Translations under genes and position numbers: made by a program
Shown: in pieces, positions 55,517 to 64,000 of the stretch
Layout of the letters: each line of letters starts with the position of its first letter
How positions within the stretch are numbered: the first letter of the stretch is position 1
NCBI GenBank assembly: GCA_018691345.1
Contig: JABGTJ010000112.1
Coordinates: 242-64,241, forward strand
Direction: 5' to 3'
Length of the DNA stretch: 64,000 bases
Source of the DNA: Methanobacteriota archaeon
Lineage (GTDB): Archaea; Thermoplasmatota; Poseidoniia; Poseidoniales; Poseidoniaceae
The notes under the pieces: generated by a model
The model's database searches: none
What the model saw: the letters and a program-made list of their open reading frames with translations, nothing else
Told to the model about the DNA's origin: nothing

Positions 55517-57238
55517 ATGATGGTTGATGATGAGCCCCTATTTGCCAAAGGAGACCTTAACGCGGTCATGAATGCACACCCCCACGTCGCCGACTGGGTT
55601 CGTGATTTCGAATCGAGTCACGGCTCTCGACCGATTTACTACGGTGAATTGGATCGAGGTGCTAAGAAAGAAAGACCTTTCAATCTCATCTACATTACCA
55701 AAGAACCAATCTTTGTTCATATTTACGAACCTCCTGCTGACGAGGAAGGAGGCGGACAGATTCTCTGGTTCGGTCTCGAACCTCAACTCTCCGAAGAAGA
55801 GGAAAACATTCGTCGGGGTCTTATTGAAACTCTACTTCAAGAGGCTCCAACCGCTCCATCGTTTACTACGGATGAGGAATTTGAAAACATTCTCTCACAA
55901 ATGATAGAGAGGTACACACTTCTCGATACAGACGCAATTTCCAACGTTCGCCGACAAGGCCGCTTTTGGGAAATGATGGGTATGGACGACAAGCGGTTGA
56001 TTGTGACTGCCGCTCAGCGAGAACGCTTGCGGTATATCGTTGTCCGAGACTTAATTCGCAACGGCCCATTGGAACCACTACTCTCAGACGAGATGCTGGA
56101 AGATATTCACTCAATTGGTCTAAAGCACGTTCACATGGACCACAAAGTGTTTGGAATGGTCACATCGAACATTCGATTCCGTGACCGCGAAATGCTCTCT
56201 CGTTTCTTGCGAGCCATGTCTGAGCGAATTGGGCGACCAGTTTCAGACAACAAACCGATTATCGACGGCGCACTGCTCGACGGCTCACGTATCAATATCA
56301 TTTTCTCCGATGACGTTTCCATGCTCGGACCGTCGTTTACCATTCGTAAGTTCGCTGAAGAAACGATTTCGATCACGCAACTTATTGCTTGGGGTACAAT
56401 TTCTTCCCAAGTGGCTGCTTACATTTGGATTTGTCTGGAATACGGTATGTCAGTCCTTGTATCCGGTGAAACTGCTTCCGGAAAGACGACCACACTCAAT
56501 GCAATTTTGCCGTTCATCGACCATAACGTCAAGATTTATTCTGCTGAAGATACTCCTGAAGTAAAGGTACGCCACAAGATTTGGCAACGGCTTGTTACTC
56601 GTTCATCGAAGAACGAAGAATCACGAGTCGAAATGTTCGACCTACTCAAGGCTGCTTTACGTAGCCGACCTCGATACATTATCATTGGTGAAATACGTGG
56701 TGTTGAAGGCGCAACCGCTTTCCAAGCAATGCAAACAGGGCACCCGGTTATCGCAACCTTCCACGCATCGTCCATTGTCAAAATGATTCAAAGATTTACA
56801 GGTGACCCAATTAACGTTCCAATTCGGTTTTTCGACAACTTGAACTTCGCTATTTTCCAAGAAGTGGTTGAGGCTCCTGGTGGAGGTATTGCTCGCCGTG
56901 TGACTGGAATCGATGAAGTCATCGGCTACAATAAACACAGCGACGGTGTACTCACCCGTGGTATGTTCGAATGGGACCCGGTCAAGGATAAGCACTATTT
57001 CCGTGGTATGTTCCAGAGCCATCTGTTGGAAAACAAGATTGCTGCAATGGCTGGTTTTTCCAATAAACGAGACATCTATGATGAAATGTTGAAGAGAGCT
57101 GCTGCACTTGACCGTATGGTTGAACGTGAATTGACGCATTACGATGACGTTTTCGATTTATTGGGAGTTTACTATAACAACGGATGGGAACATTTTGACA
57201 AAGCCGTTGATTCATGGACTGGAGTAAACCATACGTGA
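55517..57238 (+). CDS. flaI: Archaellum motor ATPase ArlI (FlaI)
   Basis: LEDIH, DGSRINI, SFTIRKF, GETASGKTT, SAEDTPE, ALRSRPRYIIIGEIRG, AMQTGH, TFHA. Confidence 0.96.
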   Translation: MMVDDEPLFAKGDLNAVMNAHPHVADWVRDFESSHGSRPIYYGELDRGAKKERPFNLIYITKEPIFVHIYEPPADEEGGGQILWFGLEPQLSEEEENIRRGLIETLLQEAPTAPSFTTDEEFENILSQMIERYTLLDTDAISNVRRQGRFWEMMGMDDKRLIVTAAQRERLRYIVVRDLIRNGPLEPLLSDEMLEDIHSIGLKHVHMDHKVFGMVTSNIRFRDREMLSRFLRAMSERIGRPVSDNKPIIDGALLDGSRINIIFSDDVSMLGPSFTIRKFAEETISITQLIAWGTISSQVAAYIWICLEYGMSVLVSGETASGKTTTLNAILPFIDHNVKIYSAEDTPEVKVRHKIWQRLVTRSSKNEESRVEMFDLLKAALRSRPRYIIIGEIRGVEGATAFQAMQTGHPVIATFHASSIVKMIQRFTGDPINVPIRFFDNLNFAIFQEVVEAPGGGIARRVTGIDEVIGYNKHSDGVLTRGMFEWDPVKDKHYFRGMFQSHLLENKIAAMAGFSNKRDIYDEMLKRAAALDRMVERELTHYDDVFDLLGVYYNNGWEHFDKAVDSWTGVNHT

Positions 57239-57249
57239 GGTGATGTCGA

Positions 57250-59052
57250 ATGCAGCGAATGTCTTTCTGGCAAATCGCCCTTCGTCGCGTTGAGATACCT
57301 GTTGCACAATTTCTCCTTTTTTATGTTGGTGGAGCGGCCCTGATTGGGTTTCTGTTTTCCATCGTACTCATATTCTTAACCGGTGGTTTAGCCGAAGGTG
57401 CTCTTTTTTCTGGCGTAGCAGGAATCCTTCTGCTTTTGCTTTTGCCAACTCTTGCCGGAGGAGCAGCAGCCGCATACCCCTTACTCGATGTACAGCGTTC
57501 GGCTACCATGATTGAGAAGGAAATGCACATGTTCATCACTCGAATGGGTATTTTGTCTTTGGGTGAAGTCGGTGCTCAGTCCATTTTCGATATCCTCAAG
57601 CAAATGAGTGATTATGGTGAGTTGGCGAATGAAGTCAAGCGAATTGAAACGCTTGTCGATAAGTGGCACACTTCGTTACCTGAGGCTTCACGAATTGTCG
57701 CTCAGCAAAGTCCAAGTCCATTGTGGGCTGATTTTCTTGACCGAATGGCTTTCTCGATTGAAGCGGGTCAGGCCATTGATGAATTCATGCGTTCTGAGCA
57801 GGAAACTGTTGCAGAACAGTACAAGACGTTGTACGACACACGCCTTGAATCAGTTGATGCCATGAAGGAAATTTACGTTTCTCTGGTTTCTGCAGGATTG
57901 TTCGGACTCGTAGTGGCGGGTATTCACCTTGTCTTGTTTGAAGTCGGTTCAGCGAACGACACACCAATTCTTGTTGCAAGCCGATTGCGGTTCATTCTTT
58001 TGACATCGTTGATTTTCACCATTCTCCAGATAGGAGCGGTCTTTGCTTTCAGAGCGACGATTCCCGAAGACCCTACTTTTGCTCGGGACGATATGGACAC
58101 TCCTTTCAGAATTAATTTCCTCAGAGCGCTCATTGGGGCAAGTATCCTGACCTCATTCTTGGTGGTCATCATGATTTTGTTGCTCGCATCTGCTTGGGAT
58201 TCCGTTACCAACCAATGGGATCGATACGGTCTCATTTTCATCGCTGCCCCACTCTCCCCGATGCTTATTCCTGCTCTCATGATTGGAAGGGAAGAACGTC
58301 AAGTTTTGCGTAGGGATGAAACCTATCCCGATTTCATTCGAGCATTAGGAGGTACGGCCCAAGCTCGTTCGTCTGAACCATCTGCAACAATCAAAGCCTT
58401 GCGAGGCATTGATTTCGGTATGCTTGACCGTTCAATCGATCGCTTGGAGAAGCGTTTGTCGACACGTATTGATTCAGACCGTGCTTGGGATTACTTCAAC
58501 GCGGATACCAATTCAGCGGTTATTTCACGATACACTCGCATCTACATTGAAGGTTCTCAATCATCGGGTAAACCAGCGGACACAGCCGAAATGGTTTCGC
58601 GTTCGGTCGGCAGTTTGCTTTCATTGCGACGACGACGAGCACTCTCTGCAAACACCATGCGTGGTGTCGCTCTTGGTCTACTGATTGCATCTGTAACTAG
58701 TCTTAACGTAACCATCGCAATTGTCTTGAAACTCGGCGACTCAATTGCAGGGGTAGCATCTAATTTTTCGGATACTGATGTCACGGCATTGTCTGACTTC
58801 GGTGCAGGTTTGGCTCTTCCAGTCATGGAAGATGCCTCCGGTGTTGGAGAAAACATCCGCATGTTCAAAATCATCGTATCCATATTGATTCTTTTCCAAG
58901 TCATTGCAGTCTCAATTATTTCGAATAGGTTGCGAGGTGGAATCTGGACAACGGCTATGGGTCAAGGAATTCAACTGCTTTGGATTGCAGGCATCACTTC
59001 ATACATCACTTCGCTGGTGTTAGAGGCCGCATCTTCAGTGTTCGGTGTTTAG
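57250..59052 (+). CDS. flaJ: Archaellum membrane platform protein ArlJ (FlaJ)
   Basis: Polytopic; MHMFITRMGILS, DFLDRMAFSIEAG, YPDFIRALG; follows arlI. Confidence 0.93.
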   Translation: MQRMSFWQIALRRVEIPVAQFLLFYVGGAALIGFLFSIVLIFLTGGLAEGALFSGVAGILLLLLLPTLAGGAAAAYPLLDVQRSATMIEKEMHMFITRMGILSLGEVGAQSIFDILKQMSDYGELANEVKRIETLVDKWHTSLPEASRIVAQQSPSPLWADFLDRMAFSIEAGQAIDEFMRSEQETVAEQYKTLYDTRLESVDAMKEIYVSLVSAGLFGLVVAGIHLVLFEVGSANDTPILVASRLRFILLTSLIFTILQIGAVFAFRATIPEDPTFARDDMDTPFRINFLRALIGASILTSFLVVIMILLLASAWDSVTNQWDRYGLIFIAAPLSPMLIPALMIGREERQVLRRDETYPDFIRALGGTAQARSSEPSATIKALRGIDFGMLDRSIDRLEKRLSTRIDSDRAWDYFNADTNSAVISRYTRIYIEGSQSSGKPADTAEMVSRSVGSLLSLRRRRALSANTMRGVALGLLIASVTSLNVTIAIVLKLGDSIAGVASNFSDTDVTALSDFGAGLALPVMEDASGVGENIRMFKIIVSILILFQVIAVSIISNRLRGGIWTTAMGQGIQLLWIAGITSYITSLVLEAASSVFGV

Positions 59053-59091
59053 TGACCCAACAATCATAATCCCGGTGGATGATTAGCGTTC

Positions 59092-59547
59092 ATGCAAGTC
59101 CCTCCGCCACCACCGGCAGCGCCCGCACCTCAACAAAGCGCTCCAGCACCTTCTCCATATCTCCCAGCAGCAGGCTTCCAGCAATCACCAATGAGTTATT
59201 CTTTTCATCGATGGTTGATGCTCGGTATCATTCTCGTACTGGCATCTGTTGTTTTTGTTGAAGTTGTTGGAATGTTTGGTCCTCCATCTGTGGTTGATTA
59301 CGACCTTGAAGCCGAAGGCGTTTCGGATAAAATTGCGGAAGACACAGAGGCGCATACCGATTTGAATCGGGTCATCGGCTCCGTCGGAACAATACTACAA
59401 TCGTTTGGCCTTGGACTGATCGGCTATGCGCTCCTTCGGGAGTCTTATGATGACAAACATGAACACACAGCCCTCCGAGTGACAGCAGTTCTCATTGGTG
59501 TCCTTGTGGTGTTGAACATTGCCTCGCGCAGTATTTCTATCGTTTGA
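59092..59547 (+). CDS. Hypothetical membrane protein with a Pro-rich N-terminus
   Basis: PPPPPAAPAP head and 3 hydrophobic segments; fills the gap between arlJ and nth. Confidence 0.65.
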   Translation: MQVPPPPPAAPAPQQSAPAPSPYLPAAGFQQSPMSYSFHRWLMLGIILVLASVVFVEVVGMFGPPSVVDYDLEAEGVSDKIAEDTEAHTDLNRVIGSVGTILQSFGLGLIGYALLRESYDDKHEHTALRVTAVLIGVLVVLNIASRSISIV

Positions 59548-59549
59548 GT

Positions 59550-60200
59550 TCAACGTTTCTTTTCTTGGGCAATTCTCTTTTTCGTTGCCGCCCAAGAACA
59601 GATCGGACATTGTTCAAGATCATGGTTTCGAGCAGGACAGTATTCTCTGCCAAAGAATATGATTTGGAGATGCAATTTATTCCAAATCTTCTTTGGAAAA
59701 ACAGCCTTTAAGTCTCGCTCGGTTCGTACGACTGTTGTGTCGTTGGAAAGCCCCCAGCGTGCTGCAAGGCGATGAATATGCGTGTCGATTGGGAAGGCAG
59801 GGACACCGAAGGCTTGAGCCATCACCACGCCAGCAGTTTTGTGCCCAACTCCGGGTAATGCTTCGAGTTCCTCAAACGTTTGTGGAATCAATCCATCATG
59901 CCGTTCCATAATCAGTTCAGAGAGTCTACGGATGTTCTTTGCTTTCGTTGGAGCTAGCCCAACTTGGCGGATATCATTGAGAATCGTTTCAACGCTCAGT
60001 TTGACCATGGCTTCAGCGATTGGGGCTTTGGCGAAAAGGGATGGTGTGACTTCATTTACCTTGAGGTCGGTGGTTTGAGCACTCATAAGAACTGCAACCA
60101 GTAACTGAAAGTTATTTTCATGGTCAAGCGGCACTGGAGTTTCAGGATAGAATTCTTCAAGCATGGCAGCAATTTTCACCGCTTTTTCACTACGCTTCAT
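59550..60200 (-). CDS. nth: Endonuclease III
   Basis: LLVAVLMSAQTTD, LPGVGHKTA (catalytic Lys), IDTHIHRL, GREYCPAR...CPIC. Confidence 0.95.
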   Translation of the reverse strand: MKRSEKAVKIAAMLEEFYPETPVPLDHENNFQLLVAVLMSAQTTDLKVNEVTPSLFAKAPIAEAMVKLSVETILNDIRQVGLAPTKAKNIRRLSELIMERHDGLIPQTFEELEALPGVGHKTAGVVMAQAFGVPAFPIDTHIHRLAARWGLSNDTTVVRTERDLKAVFPKKIWNKLHLQIIFFGREYCPARNHDLEQCPICSWAATKKRIAQEKKR

Positions 60201-60512
60201 TCATATGTCCCCTTGAATATTGAGTTGAGGTGGTATTCGATAGGTGTATTGGATCTTCTCACCAGTGAACGTGATTGAATGTGGTTCGGTTTGGAACTGT
60301 ACTTCCTTAACGTTTGATTCGATGCCGTGAAGCGGCATATTCGCCCCGAATGTACCGTCACGAAAAAGTTGGATGCTGGTGTCGACAGTATCTTGAGGTG
60401 AGTTGAAACTGATTCGATTTTCATCGTGAACAACTTCACCGCTGATGGTACTAAAAAACGAGGCAAAAAATGAGCAAATCTCAGCCCATTGCTCGATTTT
60501 GAATCGGGTCAT
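60201..60512 (-). CDS. Hypothetical protein
   Basis: 103-aa ORF abutting nth in a co-oriented run; no recognised motif. Confidence 0.6.
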   Translation of the reverse strand: MTRFKIEQWAEICSFFASFFSTISGEVVHDENRISFNSPQDTVDTSIQLFRDGTFGANMPLHGIESNVKEVQFQTEPHSITFTGEKIQYTYRIPPQLNIQGDI

Positions 60513-60522
60513 AAAATCGCCC

Positions 60523-60732
60523 TCAAGATTCCATTTTAACGGAGTATGCCTCTCCAGTTTTCCAACCGAAAAACAAACCTATGCCGATTGAAAACAGTGG
60601 TATGCCGTTGCATATGAGCGACTCCATGGGTTCGGTTGACGGCTGACCTGCGGTGTACCAGATGATCATCGATAACAACAACCCAGGAATCAACATGACT
60701 CCCCCCATGATGAGGGTACGTAAGAGACGCAT
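60523..60732 (-). CDS. Small two-TM membrane protein
   Basis: 69 aa with two hydrophobic segments; co-oriented between polX and nth. Confidence 0.6.
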   Translation of the reverse strand: MRLLRTLIMGGVMLIPGLLLSMIIWYTAGQPSTEPMESLICNGIPLFSIGIGLFFGWKTGEAYSVKMES

Positions 60733-60779
60733 GTTGAGGCCAATCGGGGGAATGCCATGAATGTGTGGTTTCTATCCCA

Positions 60780-62717
60780 TCAAGAAAGACGTAGTGAGAG
60801 TTCTTCTCCACCAAGCGAATTGAGGACATCATGTGGCTCAATCCATCCCTTACGAGCGGCCATGACTCCGTAGCTAATGTCGGCAAGTCCTCGTATTGAA
60901 TGGGCATCAGGATTGATGATTACAGGAACACCCAAACCTTTCGCATGCTTACACAGACGCCAATCAAGATCCAATCGATACGGGCTTGCATTCAATTCGA
61001 CCGCCTTGAGGCGCCCTTCTTCGTTATGTTCTGCCATGTGTTCAAGAACCGCAAACAAGTCAACCTCATATCCGTCTCTACCCTGCAATATCCTTCCAGT
61101 CGGGTGACCTAAGACCGTCGTTGAAGGATGGTCGATGCACTGCATTAATTCCTCCGTATTTTGCAGTTCATCACGTGCTTTCCATTTTGATAACGCGTGA
61201 ACAGATGCAACCGTGTAATCCAATTGAGAGAGGACATCATCGGGGTGGTCGAGTTTTCCGCCTTCAAGGATGTCGGATTCCACTCCGTGGAACAATCGAA
61301 AATCTGTGCCTTCTTCAGCCCATGATGCGTTGTAGCGTCGAATGGTTTCACCTTGTTCCAGTAAATCTTCTGCGCTTGCTCCATTGGCAATTTTCAACGT
61401 TGGTGAATGGTCGGCAATTCCCAACCAGTTCCATCCCATTTTACGGGCTGTGTCTGCCATTTCTTCCAAACTCGCTTCTCCATCTGAAAGTGTTGTGTGG
61501 TTGTGTAAAGCGCCTCGAATGTCCAGTCCGGTCAGTAACTCTGGTAGTGCGGATGATTCAGCAGCAGCGATTTCCCCAGTATCCTCGCGAAGTTCTGGTG
61601 TGACCCAATCAAGTTCTAAATGCCGGTAAATCTCTTCTTCGTTGGATGCTTGAAGAGAGAATTTAGCTGCAGCCATTCCTTTCAAGTCTCCAGCTTTAGC
61701 ATCAGGGATGAGTCCGAACTCGTTTAACTTCAATCCTCGATCAATGGCTCGTTGCCGCATGGCAATGTTGTGTTCTTTGCTTCCGGTGAAGTACGCTAAA
61801 GTGAATGGGAATACCTCTGGAGTGACAAGCCGAACTTGTGCATCAATGGTTCCACCGCTCTCAAGTTGTTCGTAATCTTCTCCACCAATAGCGTCAAGCA
61901 CGTTTGGGTCAATGTGACCTACAGTAAATCCTCCATCAAATATACTGGTGTCAAGAATGAGGCTGATTTTCGAATCACCAGCACCTTTCACATCGGCAAT
62001 TCCAGGGAGTGATAGAATGGCTTCAGCCACGCTTTCATGATGTTCGTCTTCGACAGCAACGACGAGATCGAGGTCACCGATTGTTTCTTTTCGGCGGCGT
62101 GCACTTCCTGCCAATTGTGCTTTGAGTACGCCTTCTATGGATGAAATCTTTGATTGAAAGGCTTCCCCATACATCAAGCCAACATCCAATCTTCGCCGAG
62201 CCCTAAACCGTGCCAACAACTCAATGCCATCGAGCATTCGTTGCTGGGATTTCTTACCGAATCCTTTCATTGGCGCAATCAATCCATCAGTGGCAGCTTC
62301 CTTTAGAGATGCGACTGAATCAACTCCAAGTTCTTCATTCATCAGTTTGATACGCTTTGGTCCGAGTCCTGGGATTCCGAGCATTTCGATGAGTCCTTGG
62401 GGAGTCGAACTGTGCAACTCGACCCAATCACTTGGCCACTTTCCGTCCATTATGGCTTGGGTAAGTGCAGAGCCGAGTCCTTTACCGATACCTTTCATTT
62501 CGAAAAGCCGTCCTGTAGTGACCAGTTCGCCGAGGTCTTCTGTCAAGCCACCGAGCATCCTGCTGGCGTTTTGGTACGAGCGGACTCGAAACACATTGGC
62601 TCCATTGAGTTCCAAGAGTACGGCCACTTGGTGCATAACCGTGGCGATTTGGTTTCGAGAGAAATACGGGGGGCCGCTCGGCCGTGCCTTTGGTAGTGAA
62701 AATCCGCCGCCTGCCAT
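60780..62717 (-). CDS. polX: DNA polymerase X family / PHP-domain exonuclease
   Basis: NVFRVRSY, KGIGKG, PGLGPK, AGSARR, GDLD, YFTGSKEHN, LNEFG, PELRED; PHP motifs HNHTTLSDG, ADHS, GVESD, HPTGR, NPDAH. Confidence 0.93.
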   Translation of the reverse strand: MAGGGFSLPKARPSGPPYFSRNQIATVMHQVAVLLELNGANVFRVRSYQNASRMLGGLTEDLGELVTTGRLFEMKGIGKGLGSALTQAIMDGKWPSDWVELHSSTPQGLIEMLGIPGLGPKRIKLMNEELGVDSVASLKEAATDGLIAPMKGFGKKSQQRMLDGIELLARFRARRRLDVGLMYGEAFQSKISSIEGVLKAQLAGSARRRKETIGDLDLVVAVEDEHHESVAEAILSLPGIADVKGAGDSKISLILDTSIFDGGFTVGHIDPNVLDAIGGEDYEQLESGGTIDAQVRLVTPEVFPFTLAYFTGSKEHNIAMRQRAIDRGLKLNEFGLIPDAKAGDLKGMAAAKFSLQASNEEEIYRHLELDWVTPELREDTGEIAAAESSALPELLTGLDIRGALHNHTTLSDGEASLEEMADTARKMGWNWLGIADHSPTLKIANGASAEDLLEQGETIRRYNASWAEEGTDFRLFHGVESDILEGGKLDHPDDVLSQLDYTVASVHALSKWKARDELQNTEELMQCIDHPSTTVLGHPTGRILQGRDGYEVDLFAVLEHMAEHNEEGRLKAVELNASPYRLDLDWRLCKHAKGLGVPVIINPDAHSIRGLADISYGVMAARKGWIEPHDVLNSLGGEELSLRLS

Positions 62718-62808
62718 GGTTCGTGTTATCGGCGACCCTTCTCAAACGTTGCTCTCGCCCTTACAGGTCGAACTTCATGTTGAAGAACCACGACCTGTAG
62801 CGCTGTTC

Positions 62809-63135
62809 ATGGTCAGCGTTACTTTCATCGAACATTTGGCCGAAGCCCTGTGCGGCATATCTGCAGTGCTGTTCACTTTCATTGCGACTTTTTCTCGCTC
62901 ACCTCGCGCTGAACACATCGTTCAGAACCTCATTGCTATCACGCTTATTGCCGCTGCAGGAGTGCTTTGGTGGCTTTCACTGTCTGGCGGGGTTTTGTGG
63001 GGTTCCAATTACCTTCCAAAGCCGCTATCGTTGGTATGCGTGGTTATCGCAATTGCTGCACGAATGAACATCAAAGGCGAAAACGTCTCATTTGGAGCCA
63101 ATCCTCATACGATTGGTAAGAATCAAGAAGAATAA
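62809..63135 (+). CDS. Small membrane protein
   Basis: 3' part of track ORF 62224..63135 from ATG 62809; 3 hydrophobic segments; divergent from polX. Confidence 0.65.
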   Translation: MVSVTFIEHLAEALCGISAVLFTFIATFSRSPRAEHIVQNLIAITLIAAAGVLWWLSLSGGVLWGSNYLPKPLSLVCVVIAIAARMNIKGENVSFGANPHTIGKNQEE

Positions 63136-63471
63136 TCAAACGATTTCGCCACGGGGCGTGCTTGTGTCTTCAATTACGCTTGCCGGTTGAGCCGCTTCCT
63201 TCTCCATTTTCTGGTCAATGAACGTACGCATGTATTCAGGAAGTTCACCGTTTACGAAAATGACATCATGAATGTGGTCGAGTTTTTTGAGTGAATAATA
63301 AATCTGCATGGCGGTCATAGGCGTGGAGGAACAGCCGTTGCATCCACCGTCAAGGGACAACATGATGTTGCCATCGGTCGTATCGAGTACATTGACCACA
63401 CCGTCGTGCTCATCCAAAATTTCTTGGACGGGCCCAATTTCTGCCAAGACTTCCTCGGCGGTGATGCTCAT
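63136..63471 (-). CDS. NifU C-terminal domain (Nfu-type) Fe-S cluster biogenesis protein
   Basis: ILDEHDGVVNVL...LSLDGGCNGCSS CxxC motif. Confidence 0.8.
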   Translation of the reverse strand: MSITAEEVLAEIGPVQEILDEHDGVVNVLDTTDGNIMLSLDGGCNGCSSTPMTAMQIYYSLKKLDHIHDVIFVNGELPEYMRTFIDQKMEKEAAQPASVIEDTSTPRGEIV

Positions 63472-63638
63472 GTAACCACCCTGTAAGCCTCTCCTCTTTC
63501 AACAATTGCTTGAAAAAAGCACTCTTGATACCATGCGGCATCAACCTCAGTCCCCCGTAAAGACCGTTTAAAGGTGTTTTTCGAAGGGAACCACTTATCA
63601 AGGGTTCTTAGGTCGCCAAAATAACAAGGTGTTCTATA

Positions 63639-64000
63639 ATGATGGAAAATATACCAATGATTGCCGCAGGTGCAGGTCTTTTCGGGCTTGTGGTTGCGTT
63701 TGTGCTGTACCAACAAGTAAACAAAGTGAAAATTGACAATGAAAAGGTTGCCAATATCACTGAAGAAATTCAGAAAGGTGCCATGGCATTCCTGTTCGCA
63801 GAATACCGAGTCCTCGCTGTTTTCGTGATTGTCGTCGGTGCTGCTCTCACACAACTTAACGACATGAATACCGCAATCGCATTCTTCGCCGGTGCAATTG
63901 CATCCGTTGCTGCGGGATTCTCTGGAATGCGTGCTGCAACTTCGGCCAACGGCCGAACCACCATGGCTGCTAAGAACGACGGTAAGGCCGGCGCTCTTGC
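63639..64000 (+). CDS. hppA: Membrane-bound Na+/H+-translocating pyrophosphatase (5' partial)
   Basis: Not in the ORF track. Manual translation: MMENIPMIAAGAGLFGLVVAF...IQKGAMAFLFAEYRVL...AGFSGMRAATSANGRTTMAA, conserved mPPase N-terminal motifs; open to the window end. Confidence 0.92.
   Translation, partial: MMENIPMIAAGAGLFGLVVAFVLYQQVNKVKIDNEKVANITEEIQKGAMAFLFAEYRVLAVFVIVVGAALTQLNDMNTAIAFFAGAIASVAAGFSGMRAATSANGRTTMAAKNDGKAGAL

Noticed and set aside
62224..62808. 303-aa plus-strand ORF overlapping polX
   Set aside because: The 5' two-thirds is mostly antisense shadow of polX; only the part from ATG 62809 looks like a real membrane protein.
63472..63638. Intergenic region before hppA as a riboswitch
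   Set aside because: No recognisable aptamer consensus or strong pairing by eye; a covariance-model search would be needed to exclude it.
63468..63964. Minus-strand ORFs of 128 and 64 aa
   Set aside because: Antisense to the clearly recognisable hppA 5' end.

Overview
Gene-dense archaeal chromosome segment. Gene content and style point to Marine Group II Euryarchaeota (Ca. Poseidoniales, Thermoplasmatota); this placement is inference from TBP, the archaellum operon, GAGGTGA-type RBS motifs, paired CocE/NonD peptidases and giant membrane-anchored surface proteins. Housekeeping genes: tbp, mevalonate kinase, FadF/HdrD-like Fe-S protein, mutY, cysS, trxA, a MutS-like ATPase, ileS, nadE, a trhO-like gene, fused aconitase X, bcp, nth, polX, a NifU-like gene and a partial hppA. 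There are several very large secreted or surface proteins and a complete archaellum cluster (two archaellins, a diverged ArlD/E-slot gene, arlF-G-H-I-J), with no chemotaxis genes in the window. Most notable observations: (1) a 2,100-aa surface protein with a Cys-flanked 5A+5B half-repeat block that reads as nested 'Russian-doll' domain insertions, with a similar module apparently inserted in ArlF; (2) a translationally coupled three-gene module (ENT-like helical protein, giant Ig-stalk protein with a polytopic membrane C-terminus, cytoplasmic helical+Ig protein) directly upstream of the archaellum genes; (3) IleRS with a swapped GIHH signature motif; (4) PolX with an apparent Asp->Gln change at the third catalytic carboxylate; (5) a large-then-small subunit AcnX fusion; (6) a GAAA-tetraloop stem-loop between archaellin and motor genes that overlaps the RBS. 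I saw no rRNA, tRNA, CRISPR array or mobile element. All calls are by eye; no database searches were run.
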